In this document: one piece after another, positions 8,083 to 21,296 of the stretch | Numbering within the stretch: position 1 is the first letter of the stretch | Layout of the letters: the number at the start of each line of letters is the position of its first letter | Origin: Betaproteobacteria bacterium | GTDB taxonomy: Bacteria > Pseudomonadota > Gammaproteobacteria > Burkholderiales > SG8-39 | NCBI GenBank assembly: GCA_005881595.1 | Contig: VBBY01000005.1 | Location: 18,673-82,672 of the forward strand | Direction of reading: 5' to 3' | DNA length: 64,000 nt | Translations under genes and position numbers: made by a program | Notes under the pieces: model-generated | What the model was told of the DNA's origin: nothing | The model's database searches: none | What the model saw: the letters and a program-made list of their open reading frames with translations, nothing else

Positions 8083-9621
8083 ATGTCAAACCTTAAAATT
8101 ACCCATAGACTCGCGCTCCTGCTCGGGGTGCTGGTCCTCTCTCCGGTGGTTTGGGCCGGCGCACCGCAGGCCTACATCACCAATCTCAACGACGGCACGG
8201 TCTCAGTGATCGACACGGCGAGTAACACCGTGATGGCGACGGTGCCGGTGGGGAATTTCCCTAACGGCGTGGCGCTGACGCCCGACGGGGCGCACGTCTA
8301 TGTGGCGAATGTTGTCGACGGCACGGTCTCGGTGATCGAAACGGCCGGCAACACCGTGACCGCGACCGTACCGGTGGGGCTGTTCCCATTCGGCGTGGCA
8401 GTGACGCCCGACGGCGCCCACGTCTATGTGGCGAACCAGGGCGGCGGCAACGTCTCGGTGATCGCCACGGCAAGCAATACCGTGACGGCGACGGTGACGG
8501 TTGGCCCCAGCCCAACCGGAGTTGCGGTAACGCCCGACGGGACCCGCGTCTATGTGGCGAACGATGGCGACGGCACGGTCTCGGTAATCGACACCGCAAG
8601 CAACGGCGTGATCGCGACCGTGACGGTAGGGGGCGGCCCGGTGGGCGTTGCGGTGACGCCTGACGGAGCCCGCGTCTATGTGGGGAATTTTTCCGGCAGC
8701 ACGGTTTCGGTGATCGCCACGGCAACCAATACCGTGACGGCGACGGTGACGGTGGGGCTCAACCCGGAGGGCATTGCGGTGACGCCCGACGGGACCCGCG
8801 TCTATGTGGCGAACTTCAACGCGAACACGATCTCGGTGATCGCCACGGCCAGCAATACCGTAACGGCGACGGTGACCGTTGGCGCCAACCCAGCTGGAGT
8901 TGCGGTGACGCCCGACGGCGCCCACGTCTATGTGGCGAATCAGAACAGCAACAATGTCGCGATGATCGCCACGGCCGGCAACACCGTGACGGCGACGGTG
9001 CCGGTGGGTGTCCTTCCCCGTGCCTTCGGCAAGTTCATCAGCTCCTCGGGTGACGCGACGCCGCCGGTGACGAGCTTGGCCGCGCAGCCCGGAACGCTCA
9101 AGGGGCGGAAGTTGATGACCGCGAACGCGACGCTGACCGTTTCGCCGGGCGGCCTGACGATCCAGACACGATGCTTCGACTCGTTCGGCCTTAACGTCCT
9201 TCTGTCGGCGACCGACGATTCCTCCGGCGTCGCGCAGATCAACTACGGGTCTGCACACTTCGTGCTCGGACAGCAGCCGCCGAATCCTGCGCTCGACCAG
9301 AGCATCGCGTCGGCAAGCGGAACGATCCCGTTCCCGACCACCGGCGTCTTCGTGCTCAACTACGGCGCGGTGGACCTCGCAGGGAACCAGGAAACGACGA
9401 AGAGCGCGCTGGTGATGGTGAATTCGTTCAAGGCGTTTGCGTGCGCGACACAACCGTTCGCCTTGGCAGCGCTCCCGAGCTCCGCAACGGTGACCGTGAG
9501 CGGCACCCTGACCAACGGCTCGAAGACCAAGCCGTTCAGGTTCAAGTTCAAGTACGGACCGCGCTCAGCAGGGCGCGACGGCGATGACGACGAGAACGAC
9601 AACGACGCCCGCGATGATTGA
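8083..9621 (+). CDS. Secreted YVTN-repeat seven-bladed beta-propeller with C-terminal beta-sandwich-like region and acidic tail
   Basis: Signal peptide; seven 42-aa repeats VYVAN..G.VSVI.TA.NTVTATV.VG..P.GVAVTPDG; DATPPVT linker; tail DGDDDENDND. Confidence 0.88.
   Translation: MSNLKITHRLALLLGVLVLSPVVWAGAPQAYITNLNDGTVSVIDTASNTVMATVPVGNFPNGVALTPDGAHVYVANVVDGTVSVIETAGNTVTATVPVGLFPFGVAVTPDGAHVYVANQGGGNVSVIATASNTVTATVTVGPSPTGVAVTPDGTRVYVANDGDGTVSVIDTASNGVIATVTVGGGPVGVAVTPDGARVYVGNFSGSTVSVIATATNTVTATVTVGLNPEGIAVTPDGTRVYVANFNANTISVIATASNTVTATVTVGANPAGVAVTPDGAHVYVANQNSNNVAMIATAGNTVTATVPVGVLPRAFGKFISSSGDATPPVTSLAAQPGTLKGRKLMTANATLTVSPGGLTIQTRCFDSFGLNVLLSATDDSSGVAQINYGSAHFVLGQQPPNPALDQSIASASGTIPFPTTGVFVLNYGAVDLAGNQETTKSALVMVNSFKAFACATQPFALAALPSSATVTVSGTLTNGSKTKPFRFKFKYGPRSAGRDGDDDENDNDARDD
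8170..9039 (+). repeat. Intragenic tandem repeat, 7 x 126 bp (YVTN blades)
   Basis: Units start at 8170, 8296, 8422, 8548, 8674, 8800 and 8926 (exact 126-bp period; GTCTATGTGG core in units 2-7). Confidence 0.92.
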
Positions 9622-9706
9622 TCACCTAGCGGAGCGCCGCCAGAGGCCAGCCTTGCTTCAGGCGTAAACTACCCCGCCTGTCTTTGGACCCGAGCGGGAG
9701 CACGTC

Positions 9707-10888
9707 ATGAAGAACCTTGGTTTTGCGCTTAGACCGATGTTAAGCGTCGCGTTGGCGATGTGTCTGGTGGCGAGCGTTACTCCGGCCGCAGCTCAATTCG
9801 TGATCATCGGCATCGACAACAAGGTTTTCTGGGATAGCGACGCGAAACCGATCCTCTCCCCGCCTGGAAAGGACGCGGTCATCATCTTGGATATCAGCGA
9901 CCGCATGAATCCGCGGATCGTCGCCAGTCTGGCACTGATGAATTCCGTGTTCGGTCCACCCGTGAATCTGGCCATCACGCCGGACGAGAGCCTGGCACTC
10001 GTAGCGAACTCTATGGACTGGGTTCAGGACGGCGCAGCGTGGAAGGGCGTTCCCGGAAGCGACATATTCGTGATCGACCTGAAGGCGAACCCACCCGCGC
10101 TAGTCTCCACCGTAAAAGCGGGCAGGCAGCCTTCTGGCATGGCAATCAATCGTGCGGGGAATCTGGCGCTCGTTACCAACCGGGCTGATAACTCTATTTC
10201 CGTACTCTCAATTCGCGGAAAAGAGGTCAAGGTGGTGGACACCGTAGCGATGGGCGAACAGGTTTCGGCCGTGGCGTTCACACCGGACGGCAAACGGGCG
10301 CTCGCCGCCAAGAACGTCAACAATAAGGCTGCTCTGCTGCAGGTCGACGGCGAGAAAGTGACCTACGCAAAGTACGACATGTTGGTGGGTCTTTTTCCCT
10401 ACAACTTGGGAATTACGCCGAATGGAAAACTCGCCCTCACGGCGAATAACGGCAACTCCGGCTCCGCGGACGGAAACGTAGATACTGTTGGCGTAATTGA
10501 CCTGGAGGCAACGCCACCCCGCGTCATTGACCAGGTGGTGGTCGGCGACGGGCCGGAGGGCTTCGCCATCAGCCCGACGGGCGAGGTCGCAGTGGCCATC
10601 CTGCTTCGCGGCAGCAACGCAGCCAAATCAGCGTTTTTCTACAATCGCAACGGATCGGTGGCAGTGCTGAAGATCGATGGCAAGAAGGTTACGAAGGTAG
10701 GTGAAGTGGAGGTCCGAGGCTTGCCTGAGGGAGCGGTATTCAGTCCGGATGGCAAGTACCTGTACGTCGGAAACTACATGGACGACGACATCTCCATTCT
10801 CAGGGTAGACGGGACCACCGTGACTAACACCGGCAAGCTGGTCAAACTGCCTGGCCATCCGGCTTCCATGCGCAGCGTTGTCCCCTGA
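9707..10888 (+). CDS. Exported YncE-like beta-propeller protein
   Basis: Signal peptide ...AAA|Q; repeated AITPD/FTPDG/ITPNG/FSPDG blades; C-terminal LPGHPASMR; visibly lower GC than its neighbours. Confidence 0.82.
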   Translation: MKNLGFALRPMLSVALAMCLVASVTPAAAQFVIIGIDNKVFWDSDAKPILSPPGKDAVIILDISDRMNPRIVASLALMNSVFGPPVNLAITPDESLALVANSMDWVQDGAAWKGVPGSDIFVIDLKANPPALVSTVKAGRQPSGMAINRAGNLALVTNRADNSISVLSIRGKEVKVVDTVAMGEQVSAVAFTPDGKRALAAKNVNNKAALLQVDGEKVTYAKYDMLVGLFPYNLGITPNGKLALTANNGNSGSADGNVDTVGVIDLEATPPRVIDQVVVGDGPEGFAISPTGEVAVAILLRGSNAAKSAFFYNRNGSVAVLKIDGKKVTKVGEVEVRGLPEGAVFSPDGKYLYVGNYMDDDISILRVDGTTVTNTGKLVKLPGHPASMRSVVP

Positions 10889-10897
10889 CGTAAGAGA

Positions 10898-11371
10898 CTA
10901 GGATTTTGGCGCGGGATGGATGTTGTCCACCCAATGCACCTCTTCTGGTTTCTCCACCACCGGAATATCCAGGTTCACCACCACCGGCTGCTGACCGCTG
11001 CGGCATAGGACGCAGGAGAGCGGCTCGGTGTCGCTCGCGTTGATTTCCTGATGCGGGACGAAGGGCGGGACGTAGATGAAGTCGCCGGGGCCGGCTTCGG
11101 CCATGAACTCGAGCTTGTCGCCCCAGCGCATGCGCGCCTTGCCGCTCACCACGTAGATCACGCTCTCTACCGGGCCGTGATGGTGGGCGCCGGTCTTGGC
11201 CTTGGGGTGGATGACGACGGTGCCGGCCCAGAGTTTCTCGGCGCCGGCGCGCGCGTGGGTGATGGCGGCGGCGCGGTTCATGCCCGGGGTCTGCGGGGTG
11301 TTGATGTCGAGCTCGTTGGAGTGGACGACGCGCACGCCGTCGTACTTCCACTTGGGCTTGGGATCGGTCAT
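10898..11371 (-). CDS. Cupin domain protein (RmlC-like, 157 aa)
   Basis: TGAHHHG..ESVIYVVSG and GDFIYVPPFVPHQE cupin motifs; ATG overlaps the upstream TGA. Confidence 0.88.
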   Translation of the reverse strand: MTDPKPKWKYDGVRVVHSNELDINTPQTPGMNRAAAITHARAGAEKLWAGTVVIHPKAKTGAHHHGPVESVIYVVSGKARMRWGDKLEFMAEAGPGDFIYVPPFVPHQEINASDTEPLSCVLCRSGQQPVVVNLDIPVVEKPEEVHWVDNIHPAPKS

Positions 11372-12672
11372 CGCGAGCCTCCGGGTTTGCGTGCCTCGAG
11401 CAGCGGCGGGCTCACGCCGTCGAGACCGGCGAGCCCGAGCACGACGAGCAGCGCGTTCTGCGGGCCGAGCCAGGCGTCGGTCGGCTTGTAGGATTCGTTG
11501 AGCGAGTGCATGGCCTGATGGTCGCCGCCGTGGCTGATGGTCACGGCCGGGATGCCGAGGGACATGGCGAGATTGGAGTCCGTGCTCGCCGAATCCAGGG
11601 TCGCTTGCTGGCCAAGCGCGCGGAGCGAGCGACGGGCAACGTGGACGATCTTCGAGTCCTCGGGCGTGCGCCCCGCCGGGCGGTCGCCGATCAGCTTCAG
11701 CTCTACGGTGATGCCGTCGGCGTTCCAGCGCCGGTTCTCTTCCGCCGCCGCGTCGCGGACGTGCGCGAGGATGGTCTTCTCGAGCTTGAGCAGCTCGTCC
11801 ATGCTGTCGGAGCGCATGTCGATGCCCATGCGCGCGTCGCCGGCGATGGCGTTGACCGAGGTGCCGCCGCGCACGATGCCGACGGTGAACGTGGTCTTGG
11901 GCGAGGAGGGCGTCCTCACCTCCGAGATCTTCGCGATCGCCCGTCCCATGGCGTGGATCGCGCTCGGCAGGCCGAAGGCGCCGAAGCTGTGGCCGCCCGG
12001 CCCCTTGAAGATCGCCTCGTAGCGATGGCTGCCGGTCGCGCGGCTGACGATGCGGCCGATCCGGTCGCCGTCCAGCGAAATGAAGCCGTCGATGTCCGGG
12101 TGGTCGCGGAAGAGGGCCTTCACGCCGCGCAGGTCGCCGAGCTCCTCCTCGCCTACCGTGCCGACGAACAGCACGTCGCCCACGGTGGAGAGGGCGTTGG
12201 CGCCCATGGCGCGGAGCACCGCGAGCAGCTCGACCAGGCCGCGCGTATCGTCGCCGATGCCGGGCGCGTAGTAGCGGCCGTCCTTTTCCTTCACTGTCAC
12301 GTCGGTGCCCTCGGGAAAGACGGTGTCGAGATGGGCGGAGATCGCCAGCTTCGGGCCGCTGCCGCGGCCTTTGCGCGCGCCGATGACGTTGCCTTCGCGG
12401 TCGATGTAGGCGTCGCTCAGGCCCACCTCGCGCAGGCGCTTCACGTAGTACGCGGCGCGCGCCTGCTCCTTGAAGGGCGGCGAGGGGATCTCGGTGAGGG
12501 TCTTCTGCTCCTCGAACGTGCGCGCGTCGTCGGCTCTGATGTCGGCGAGCGCCTTGATAACGGCAGGTGCAGAGAGGATGGAGTGGAACGCCTGGTCGAC
12601 GTCCTGCGCGAGCGCAGCCGCGGCGAGGCCAATGCCGCCCAGGGCGGCGATCCACCGGGAAACGGCTTTCAT
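11368..12672 (-). CDS. Exported M20/M25/M40 family metallo-hydrolase
   Basis: SAHLDTVF, GIGDD, VGEE..GDL.G, GPGGHS, STDSN, H...E motifs; signal peptide MKAVSRWIAALGG...ALA|Q. Confidence 0.88.
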   Translation of the reverse strand: MKAVSRWIAALGGIGLAAAALAQDVDQAFHSILSAPAVIKALADIRADDARTFEEQKTLTEIPSPPFKEQARAAYYVKRLREVGLSDAYIDREGNVIGARKGRGSGPKLAISAHLDTVFPEGTDVTVKEKDGRYYAPGIGDDTRGLVELLAVLRAMGANALSTVGDVLFVGTVGEEELGDLRGVKALFRDHPDIDGFISLDGDRIGRIVSRATGSHRYEAIFKGPGGHSFGAFGLPSAIHAMGRAIAKISEVRTPSSPKTTFTVGIVRGGTSVNAIAGDARMGIDMRSDSMDELLKLEKTILAHVRDAAAEENRRWNADGITVELKLIGDRPAGRTPEDSKIVHVARRSLRALGQQATLDSASTDSNLAMSLGIPAVTISHGGDHQAMHSLNESYKPTDAWLGPQNALLVVLGLAGLDGVSPPLLEARKPGGSR

Positions 12673-12741
12673 TTCGCTCGCGAGCATAGCGCAGGTGGCG
12701 AAGGAAGCTAACATCAAAGGTCGAATAACAGGGAGGGGAAA

Positions 12742-13593
12742 ATGATCCGCTTCGGAACGTGGCTGGTCGCGGCGTTGAGCATGGCGGCGGCAGTGGCGGC
12801 GGCGGAAACGCCGCTCGAGCGCGGCAAGTACCTGGTGGAAGGGATCCTGACCTGCGGGAACTGCCACACGCCGCGGGTGCAGGGCGGCGCGCTCGATACG
12901 GCGCGGCTGCACGCGGGCGGCCCGCAGAGCTGGGAAACGTCGGAGTACAGGGTCAAGGGCGCGAACATCACGCCCGACCGGGAGACCGGCATCGGCGGCT
13001 GGAGCGCCAATGATGTGCTGCGCGCCATTCGCGACGGCGTGCGGCCGAACGGCCAGCAGCTCTCGCCGCAGATGCCTTACGCCTACTACAAGATCTTCAC
13101 GCCGTCAGACCTCGAGGCGGTGGTGGCCTATGTCCGCTCGCTGCCTGCGGTTTCCAGCAAGCTGCCGGCATCGGTTTACAAGGTGGCGAAGATGCACGTC
13201 GAGATCCCGGCGGGCGCGGACCAGCCGATGCCGGAGAGCGCCATGAAGGATCCGGTGAAGCGAGGCTTCTACCTCGTCACCATCGGCCATTGCATGGAAT
13301 GCCACTCGCCGCGCACCGACGGGCGCAGCGATCTGAAGAATGGGCTCGGCAAAGGCGGCGAGAAGTTCGAGGGGCCGTGGGGCGTGAGCGTGTCGCGTAA
13401 CATCACTTCGCATCCGGTCGCCGGCCTCGGCGGCTGGAGCGACGCCGAGATCAAGCGCGCGATCACGCAAGGCGTCGGCAAGGGCGGCAGGAAGCTCTTG
13501 CCGCCGATGGGCTTCGCCTGGTACGCGCGCATGACCGAGCCGGACCTCGACGCGATCGTCGCCTACCTGCGGACCGTGCCGCCTTTGGAATGA
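12742..13593 (+). CDS. Periplasmic diheme cytochrome c (alcohol/gluconate dehydrogenase cytochrome-subunit-like)
   Basis: Two CxxCH (CGNCH, CMECH), each preceded by RG.YLV and followed by NIT.....G.GGWS; signal peptide; SD GGAGG. Confidence 0.9.
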   Translation: MIRFGTWLVAALSMAAAVAAAETPLERGKYLVEGILTCGNCHTPRVQGGALDTARLHAGGPQSWETSEYRVKGANITPDRETGIGGWSANDVLRAIRDGVRPNGQQLSPQMPYAYYKIFTPSDLEAVVAYVRSLPAVSSKLPASVYKVAKMHVEIPAGADQPMPESAMKDPVKRGFYLVTIGHCMECHSPRTDGRSDLKNGLGKGGEKFEGPWGVSVSRNITSHPVAGLGGWSDAEIKRAITQGVGKGGRKLLPPMGFAWYARMTEPDLDAIVAYLRTVPPLE

Positions 13594-13805
13594 GCGCGCT
13601 TTCGCCGGGGGACGCGGGCTTCCTTCGAAGGCGGCGCGGCCTGCTGCCCGATCTGCGCGATCAGGTCCGCATACTGCATCGCGGTGCCGCAGACCGCGCA
13701 GTAGAACCGCGCCAGCGGCCCGGAATAATCCTCTGGATCGGGCTTGAACTGCGTGCTGTCGCAAGAAGAGCACTTCGCGCTGATCTTGCCGATGCGGAAT
13801 TGCAT
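13563..13805 (-). CDS. Small zinc-ribbon-like protein (80 aa)
   Basis: SD AGAAAGG then ATG 13805; MQFRIGKISAKCSSC...FYCAVC (CxxC-x20-CxxC); basic tail. Confidence 0.55.
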   Translation of the reverse strand: MQFRIGKISAKCSSCDSTQFKPDPEDYSGPLARFYCAVCGTAMQYADLIAQIGQQAAPPSKEARVPRRKRAHSKGGTVRR

Positions 13806-13879
13806 GCGAGCCTTTCTGGACGTGAGCAGCGAGGGTAGTAAAACCGCAACCGCGGCGCGAGGAATTATGACCACGTTTT

Positions 13880-15528
<1,649 letters not shown>

Positions 15529-15529
<1 letters not shown>

Positions 15530-17238
15530 CAGACCGCGGTCAGACGCTTGGCGAAGTCGCTGTCGACGCCGAGAGCGTAGCGCGCCAGCTCATCGGCCAT
15601 AGCGGTGACGGCGGCGGCCGGGATGCGGCCGCGGACCTTGCCGATGCGCCGCACGTTGGTCGCGTCGATCGTCACCGCGAGCGCCTCGTAGTCGGCGCGG
15701 ATCTCCACCTCGCAAAGCAGCCCGGAGCGCACGCTGAAGGTGGCGCGCGTTGCCTCGCCGAAGTCGCTGCGCGCGTCGACGCGCAGGTCGTAGACCGCCT
15801 TCATCGACTTCAGGTACTGCTCGAAGCGCGGGATGTCGGCGGTTTGCAGCGTGACCCGCGCCGGCGGCTGCGGGCTGACGCGGAAGCGCAGCAGCACGTG
15901 CTCGCAGTAGTCCTTGCCCTCGATGCGGCGCGGCCGGCTGTCGCACCAGGCCTCCGACAGCGTCGCCGCCGCGACGCGGCCGAGATAGAGGAAGTCATAG
16001 GGCGCGCTCGTGGCGGGCGCCACGTCGTTCAGCTCCTTCGCGAACTCGGCCAGGTACTGGGTCGCGGCGCGCAGGTCCTGGTCGAGCTTCGCTATGGCCT
16101 TCGCGCGCGCCGCGGCCGGGTCTTCGCGGCGCGGCTGCAGCGCTCCCTGCTTGCGCAGCATCTCGACTGCGCCCAGGCGGCGCGCCGCCTCGCCGGCCTG
16201 GCGCTCGCGCTCGTACGCCGCGCGCTTGCGCGCCTCTTCCTCCTGCCAGCGCCGCACCTGCTGTTCCCTCTTGAGCCGCTCCTCCTCGGCGGCGCGCAGC
16301 CGCGCCTGCTCCTCGAGGTCGTAGCGCTTGGTGAACTCGTCGAGATCGTCGAGGAGCGGGTTGTGCGCCGGCTTCTGCGGGTTGATGAGCAGCGTCTTGT
16401 CGTACGCCGTGTCGGCGTACTGCATTTTGCGGAGCTCCTGCGCCATGTCCCCGGCGCGCTGATAGCGCTGCTCGGGCCTTTTCGCGAGCGCGCGGTCGAC
16501 GATGCGCTCGAACCCGACCGGGAGCTGCGGCTCGAGCGAGCGCAGCGGGGGGTGCGGCTCGCCGGCGATGCGATTCATGATCTGGAACACCGAGGTGTCG
16601 CCCGGCCGCTCGAACGGCGAGCTGCCGGTGAGCATCTCGTAGAGCACGCTGCCGAGCGAGAACACGTCGGAGCGCGGATCGCTCTTCTGGCCGAGCACCT
16701 GCTCCGGCGACATGTACTTCGGCGAGCCGAGGGCGGCGCCGGTCTGCGTCATCGTCGAGGAGGGCACGTAGGCGACGCCGAAGTCGGTCAGCTTGCAGCG
16801 CCCCGAGGCCGCGACCATCACGTTCGCCGGCTTCACGTCGCGATGCACGATCGAGAACTTGTGCGCGTGCTCGAGCGCGTCGGCGATCTGCGCGGCGAGA
16901 TCGGCGGTGGTCTGCAGCGGGATGCGCTGCGGGTCCTTCAGCATCTGCTGCAGCGAGCGGCCCTCGAGCAGCTCCATCGCGATGTAGGCGACGCCGTCCT
17001 GCTCGCCCACGTCGTGGATGATGACGATGTTGGGGTGATTGAGCCGGCCGGCCGAGCGCGCTTCGCGCAGGAACCGCTCCCGCACCTCGGCCATCACCTC
17101 CTCGGGCAGGTCGGGCAGCAGCGTCTTCAGCGCGACCTCGCGCTCGATCAGCGGGTCGATGGCGCGGAACACCGCGCCCATCGCGCCGCGGCCCAGCTCT
17201 CCAAGGATCCTGTAACGGCCAAGCGCCTTTGCGTTCAA
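15529..17238 (-). CDS. Hanks-type Ser/Thr protein kinase (kinase 1) with coiled-coil linker and unknown C-terminal domain
   Basis: GRGAMG, VALK, HRDVKPAN, DFG, YMSPEQ, D.RSDVFSLG; TTG start; no TM segment; stop overlaps the glnS ATG. Confidence 0.93.
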
Positions 17239-17267
17239 CCTCGGCTTCTCCCTTATCCCCGGTCTGC

Positions 17268-17297
17268 ATAATGCCGGTTACCCGCTTGAATTTCCAG
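17268..17297 (-). promoter_or_regulatory. 30-bp element upstream of kinase 1, shared with kinase 2 (promoter-like TGGAAA-N17-CATTAT)
   Basis: + strand ATAATGCCGGTTACCCGCTTGAATTTCCAG; 26/30 identical to 21211-21240. Confidence 0.6.
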
Positions 17298-17383
17298 CGC
17301 TTTGGGCTTAACTGGGTCGTCCTGTTGAATTCCCTCGTTGCGGCGTACACTGACTTCGTCCTCAGGGGAAGGAGACCATACCG

Positions 17384-18982
17384 ATGAAACCCGGGCTGCT
17401 CGCTGTTCTATCTCTATTTGCATTCACAACGTCGAACGCGCTGGCTCACGACGGGAGGGAAGGCTTCGGCAGAGTGCTGTTCAAGACTTCGTGCACTGCG
17501 CAGGCGCAGAAGGAGTTCGAGCGGGCCCTAGCGCAGCTGCATTCGTTCGATTTTCCCGAAACGCTGAAATCGTTCGCCGCTATTCCCCAGACCGATCCGG
17601 GCTGCGCGATCTCTTACTGGGGGCTCGCGGTGGCGACGCGCCCCAATCCGCTCGTCGGCCCGTGGGACGCGGCGACGCTGAAGCGCGGCCTCGATGCGGT
17701 GGAGAAGGGCGAGGCGATCGGCGCCAAGACGCAGCGCGAGCGCGACTGGCTGGCGGCGATCAAGGAGTTCTACAAGGACTTCGACAAGGTCGACCAGGAC
17801 ACGCGCACCCGGAACTACGAGAAAGCGATGCAGGCGCTGACGAAGAAGTACCCGGGCGACGTCGAGGCGAAGGTGTTCCACGCGCTGGCGCTCAACGAGA
17901 TTTTCGACCACAAGGACATGGCGCCGCTGCTGAAGGCGATCGCCATCCTGGAGCCGCTCGACAGGAAATATCCCGACCATCCCGGGATCACCCACTACCT
18001 GATCCACAGCTACGACTTCGCGCCGCTCGCCAGGAAGGGCGTGCCGGTGGCGAACAAGTACGCGAAGATCGCGCCGTCGGCGTCGCACGCGCAGCACATG
18101 CCTTCGCACATCTACTCGATGGTCGGCATGTGGCAGGAGTCGATCGCCTCGAACCTCAGGTCGGTCGCCGTGGCGAGCGAATACGCGGCGAAAGCCAAGC
18201 TCGACGGCGTGCTGGTCGGGGTGCCGCACTCGTATGACTTCATGCAGTACGCCTACCTGCAGCTCGGCCAGGACGCGAAGGCGCGCGAGCTGATCGGCGA
18301 GAACGCCAAGATCAGCAAGGTCCTCGGGCCGGTGTCGGCCGGCAACACCGCGCGCGCCGCGGTTCCCGCACGCTATGCGCTCGAGCGCCAGGACTGGAAG
18401 GGCGCGGCGCAGCTGCAGCCGCTCGGCACGCCGTTCCCGGCCGCCGAAGCCATCACGCATTTCGCCCGCGCCATGGGCGCGGCGCGCAGCGGCGATGCCG
18501 CCGCCGCGCAGGCCGACATCGACAAGCTCAAGCAGCTGCGCGAAGGACTTCTCGCAGGCCGCCAGCCGTACTGGGCCGAGCAGGTCGAGATCCAGGTGCT
18601 CGCCGCGACCGCCTGGCTGCACAACAGCCAGGGTAACCGCGAAGAGGCGCTGAAGTTCATGCGCGGCGCCGCCGACCTCGAAGACTCGAGCGAGAAGCAC
18701 GTCGCCATGGAAAACCGCCTGTATCCGATGCGCGAGCAGCTCGGCGACATGCTGCGCGGCTACGGCGAGCCCGCTGCGGCGCTGAAGGAGTACGAGCTGT
18801 CGATGAAGAACGCGCCGAACCGGCTGCGCGGCTATTACGGCGCGGCAAAAGCGGCGCAAGACTCGGGACAGGCGAAGAAGGCAGGCGCCTATTTCAAGCA
18901 GCTGGCGAGATTGACCCGCGACGCCGACGGCGACCGGCCCGAGATCGTCGAGCTGAAGCAGTACCTCGCCAGCGCGAAGTGA
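17384..18982 (+). CDS. Exported TPR-like alpha-solenoid protein with conserved His motifs
   Basis: Signal peptide ...ALA|H; HPGITHYLIHSYD and HAQHMPSHIY motifs; TPR-like helices; SD AAGGAG. Confidence 0.8.
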   Translation: MKPGLLAVLSLFAFTTSNALAHDGREGFGRVLFKTSCTAQAQKEFERALAQLHSFDFPETLKSFAAIPQTDPGCAISYWGLAVATRPNPLVGPWDAATLKRGLDAVEKGEAIGAKTQRERDWLAAIKEFYKDFDKVDQDTRTRNYEKAMQALTKKYPGDVEAKVFHALALNEIFDHKDMAPLLKAIAILEPLDRKYPDHPGITHYLIHSYDFAPLARKGVPVANKYAKIAPSASHAQHMPSHIYSMVGMWQESIASNLRSVAVASEYAAKAKLDGVLVGVPHSYDFMQYAYLQLGQDAKARELIGENAKISKVLGPVSAGNTARAAVPARYALERQDWKGAAQLQPLGTPFPAAEAITHFARAMGAARSGDAAAAQADIDKLKQLREGLLAGRQPYWAEQVEIQVLAATAWLHNSQGNREEALKFMRGAADLEDSSEKHVAMENRLYPMREQLGDMLRGYGEPAAALKEYELSMKNAPNRLRGYYGAAKAAQDSGQAKKAGAYFKQLARLTRDADGDRPEIVELKQYLASAK

Positions 18983-19435
18983 GCGGCCGGTTGCTGCGCC
19001 GGGCAGCGCTGGCGCTGCTGCTGTCCGGCGCGCGAGCCGCGCTCGGCGACCCCGGCGACGACGAGGGCTCCGGCGACCCCGAGTACGCGCGCGGCCGGCA
19101 GGCGATCGAGGCGAAGGACTGGCAGGGCGCGGTGCGGCTGCTTTCGTCCGCGGCGCTGCGCGACACGCGCAACGCCGACATCCAGAACTATCTGGGCTAC
19201 GCGTACCGCAACCTCGGCGAGATGCCGCTCGCCTTCAAGCACTATTCGCGCGCGCTGCAGCTCGACCCGCGCCATCGCGGCGCCCACGAATATCTGGGCG
19301 AGGCCTACCTGATGATCGGGAACCTCGCCAAGGCCGAGGAGCACCTCGCGGCCCTGCGCAGAATCTGCCTGCTTCCCTGCGCGGAGTACGGCGACCTCGA
19401 GAAGAAGCTGGCCGAGTACCGGAAGGCGTCGGTGA

Positions 19436-19446
<11 letters not shown>
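18979..19446 (+). CDS. Small exported TPR protein
   Basis: NADIQNYLGYAYR, DPRHRGAHEYLGEAYL TPR repeats, C-terminal CxxxC.EY; GTG overlaps the upstream TGA. Confidence 0.85.
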
Positions 19447-21178
<1,732 letters not shown>

Positions 21179-21210
21179 TTGCCCGCCTTCCCTTCTCTTC
21201 CCCAACATCA

Positions 21211-21240
21211 ATGATGCCTCTTAGCCGCTTGAATTTCCAG
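21211..21240 (-). promoter_or_regulatory. 30-bp element upstream of kinase 2 (TGGAAA-N17-CATCAT)
   Basis: + strand ATGATGCCTCTTAGCCGCTTGAATTTCCAG; second copy of 17268-17297. Confidence 0.6.
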
Positions 21241-21296
21241 TAATTTGATATCAGGCGGAAAAATGCTGGTAGAGCAGAGACAAACCGGCGGGAAAT

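Noticed and set aside
8170-9039. Regular 126-bp repeats as a possible CRISPR array or DGR template/variable repeats
   Set aside because: Repeats are in-frame protein blades with no unique spacers; no cas or reverse transcriptase gene in the window
17349-17359. 11-mer ACTGACTTCGT also at 59209-59219, both 24-27 nt before genes for exported proteins
   Set aside because: A single 11-nt match among the intergenic DNA of this window is roughly expected by chance; no further similarity
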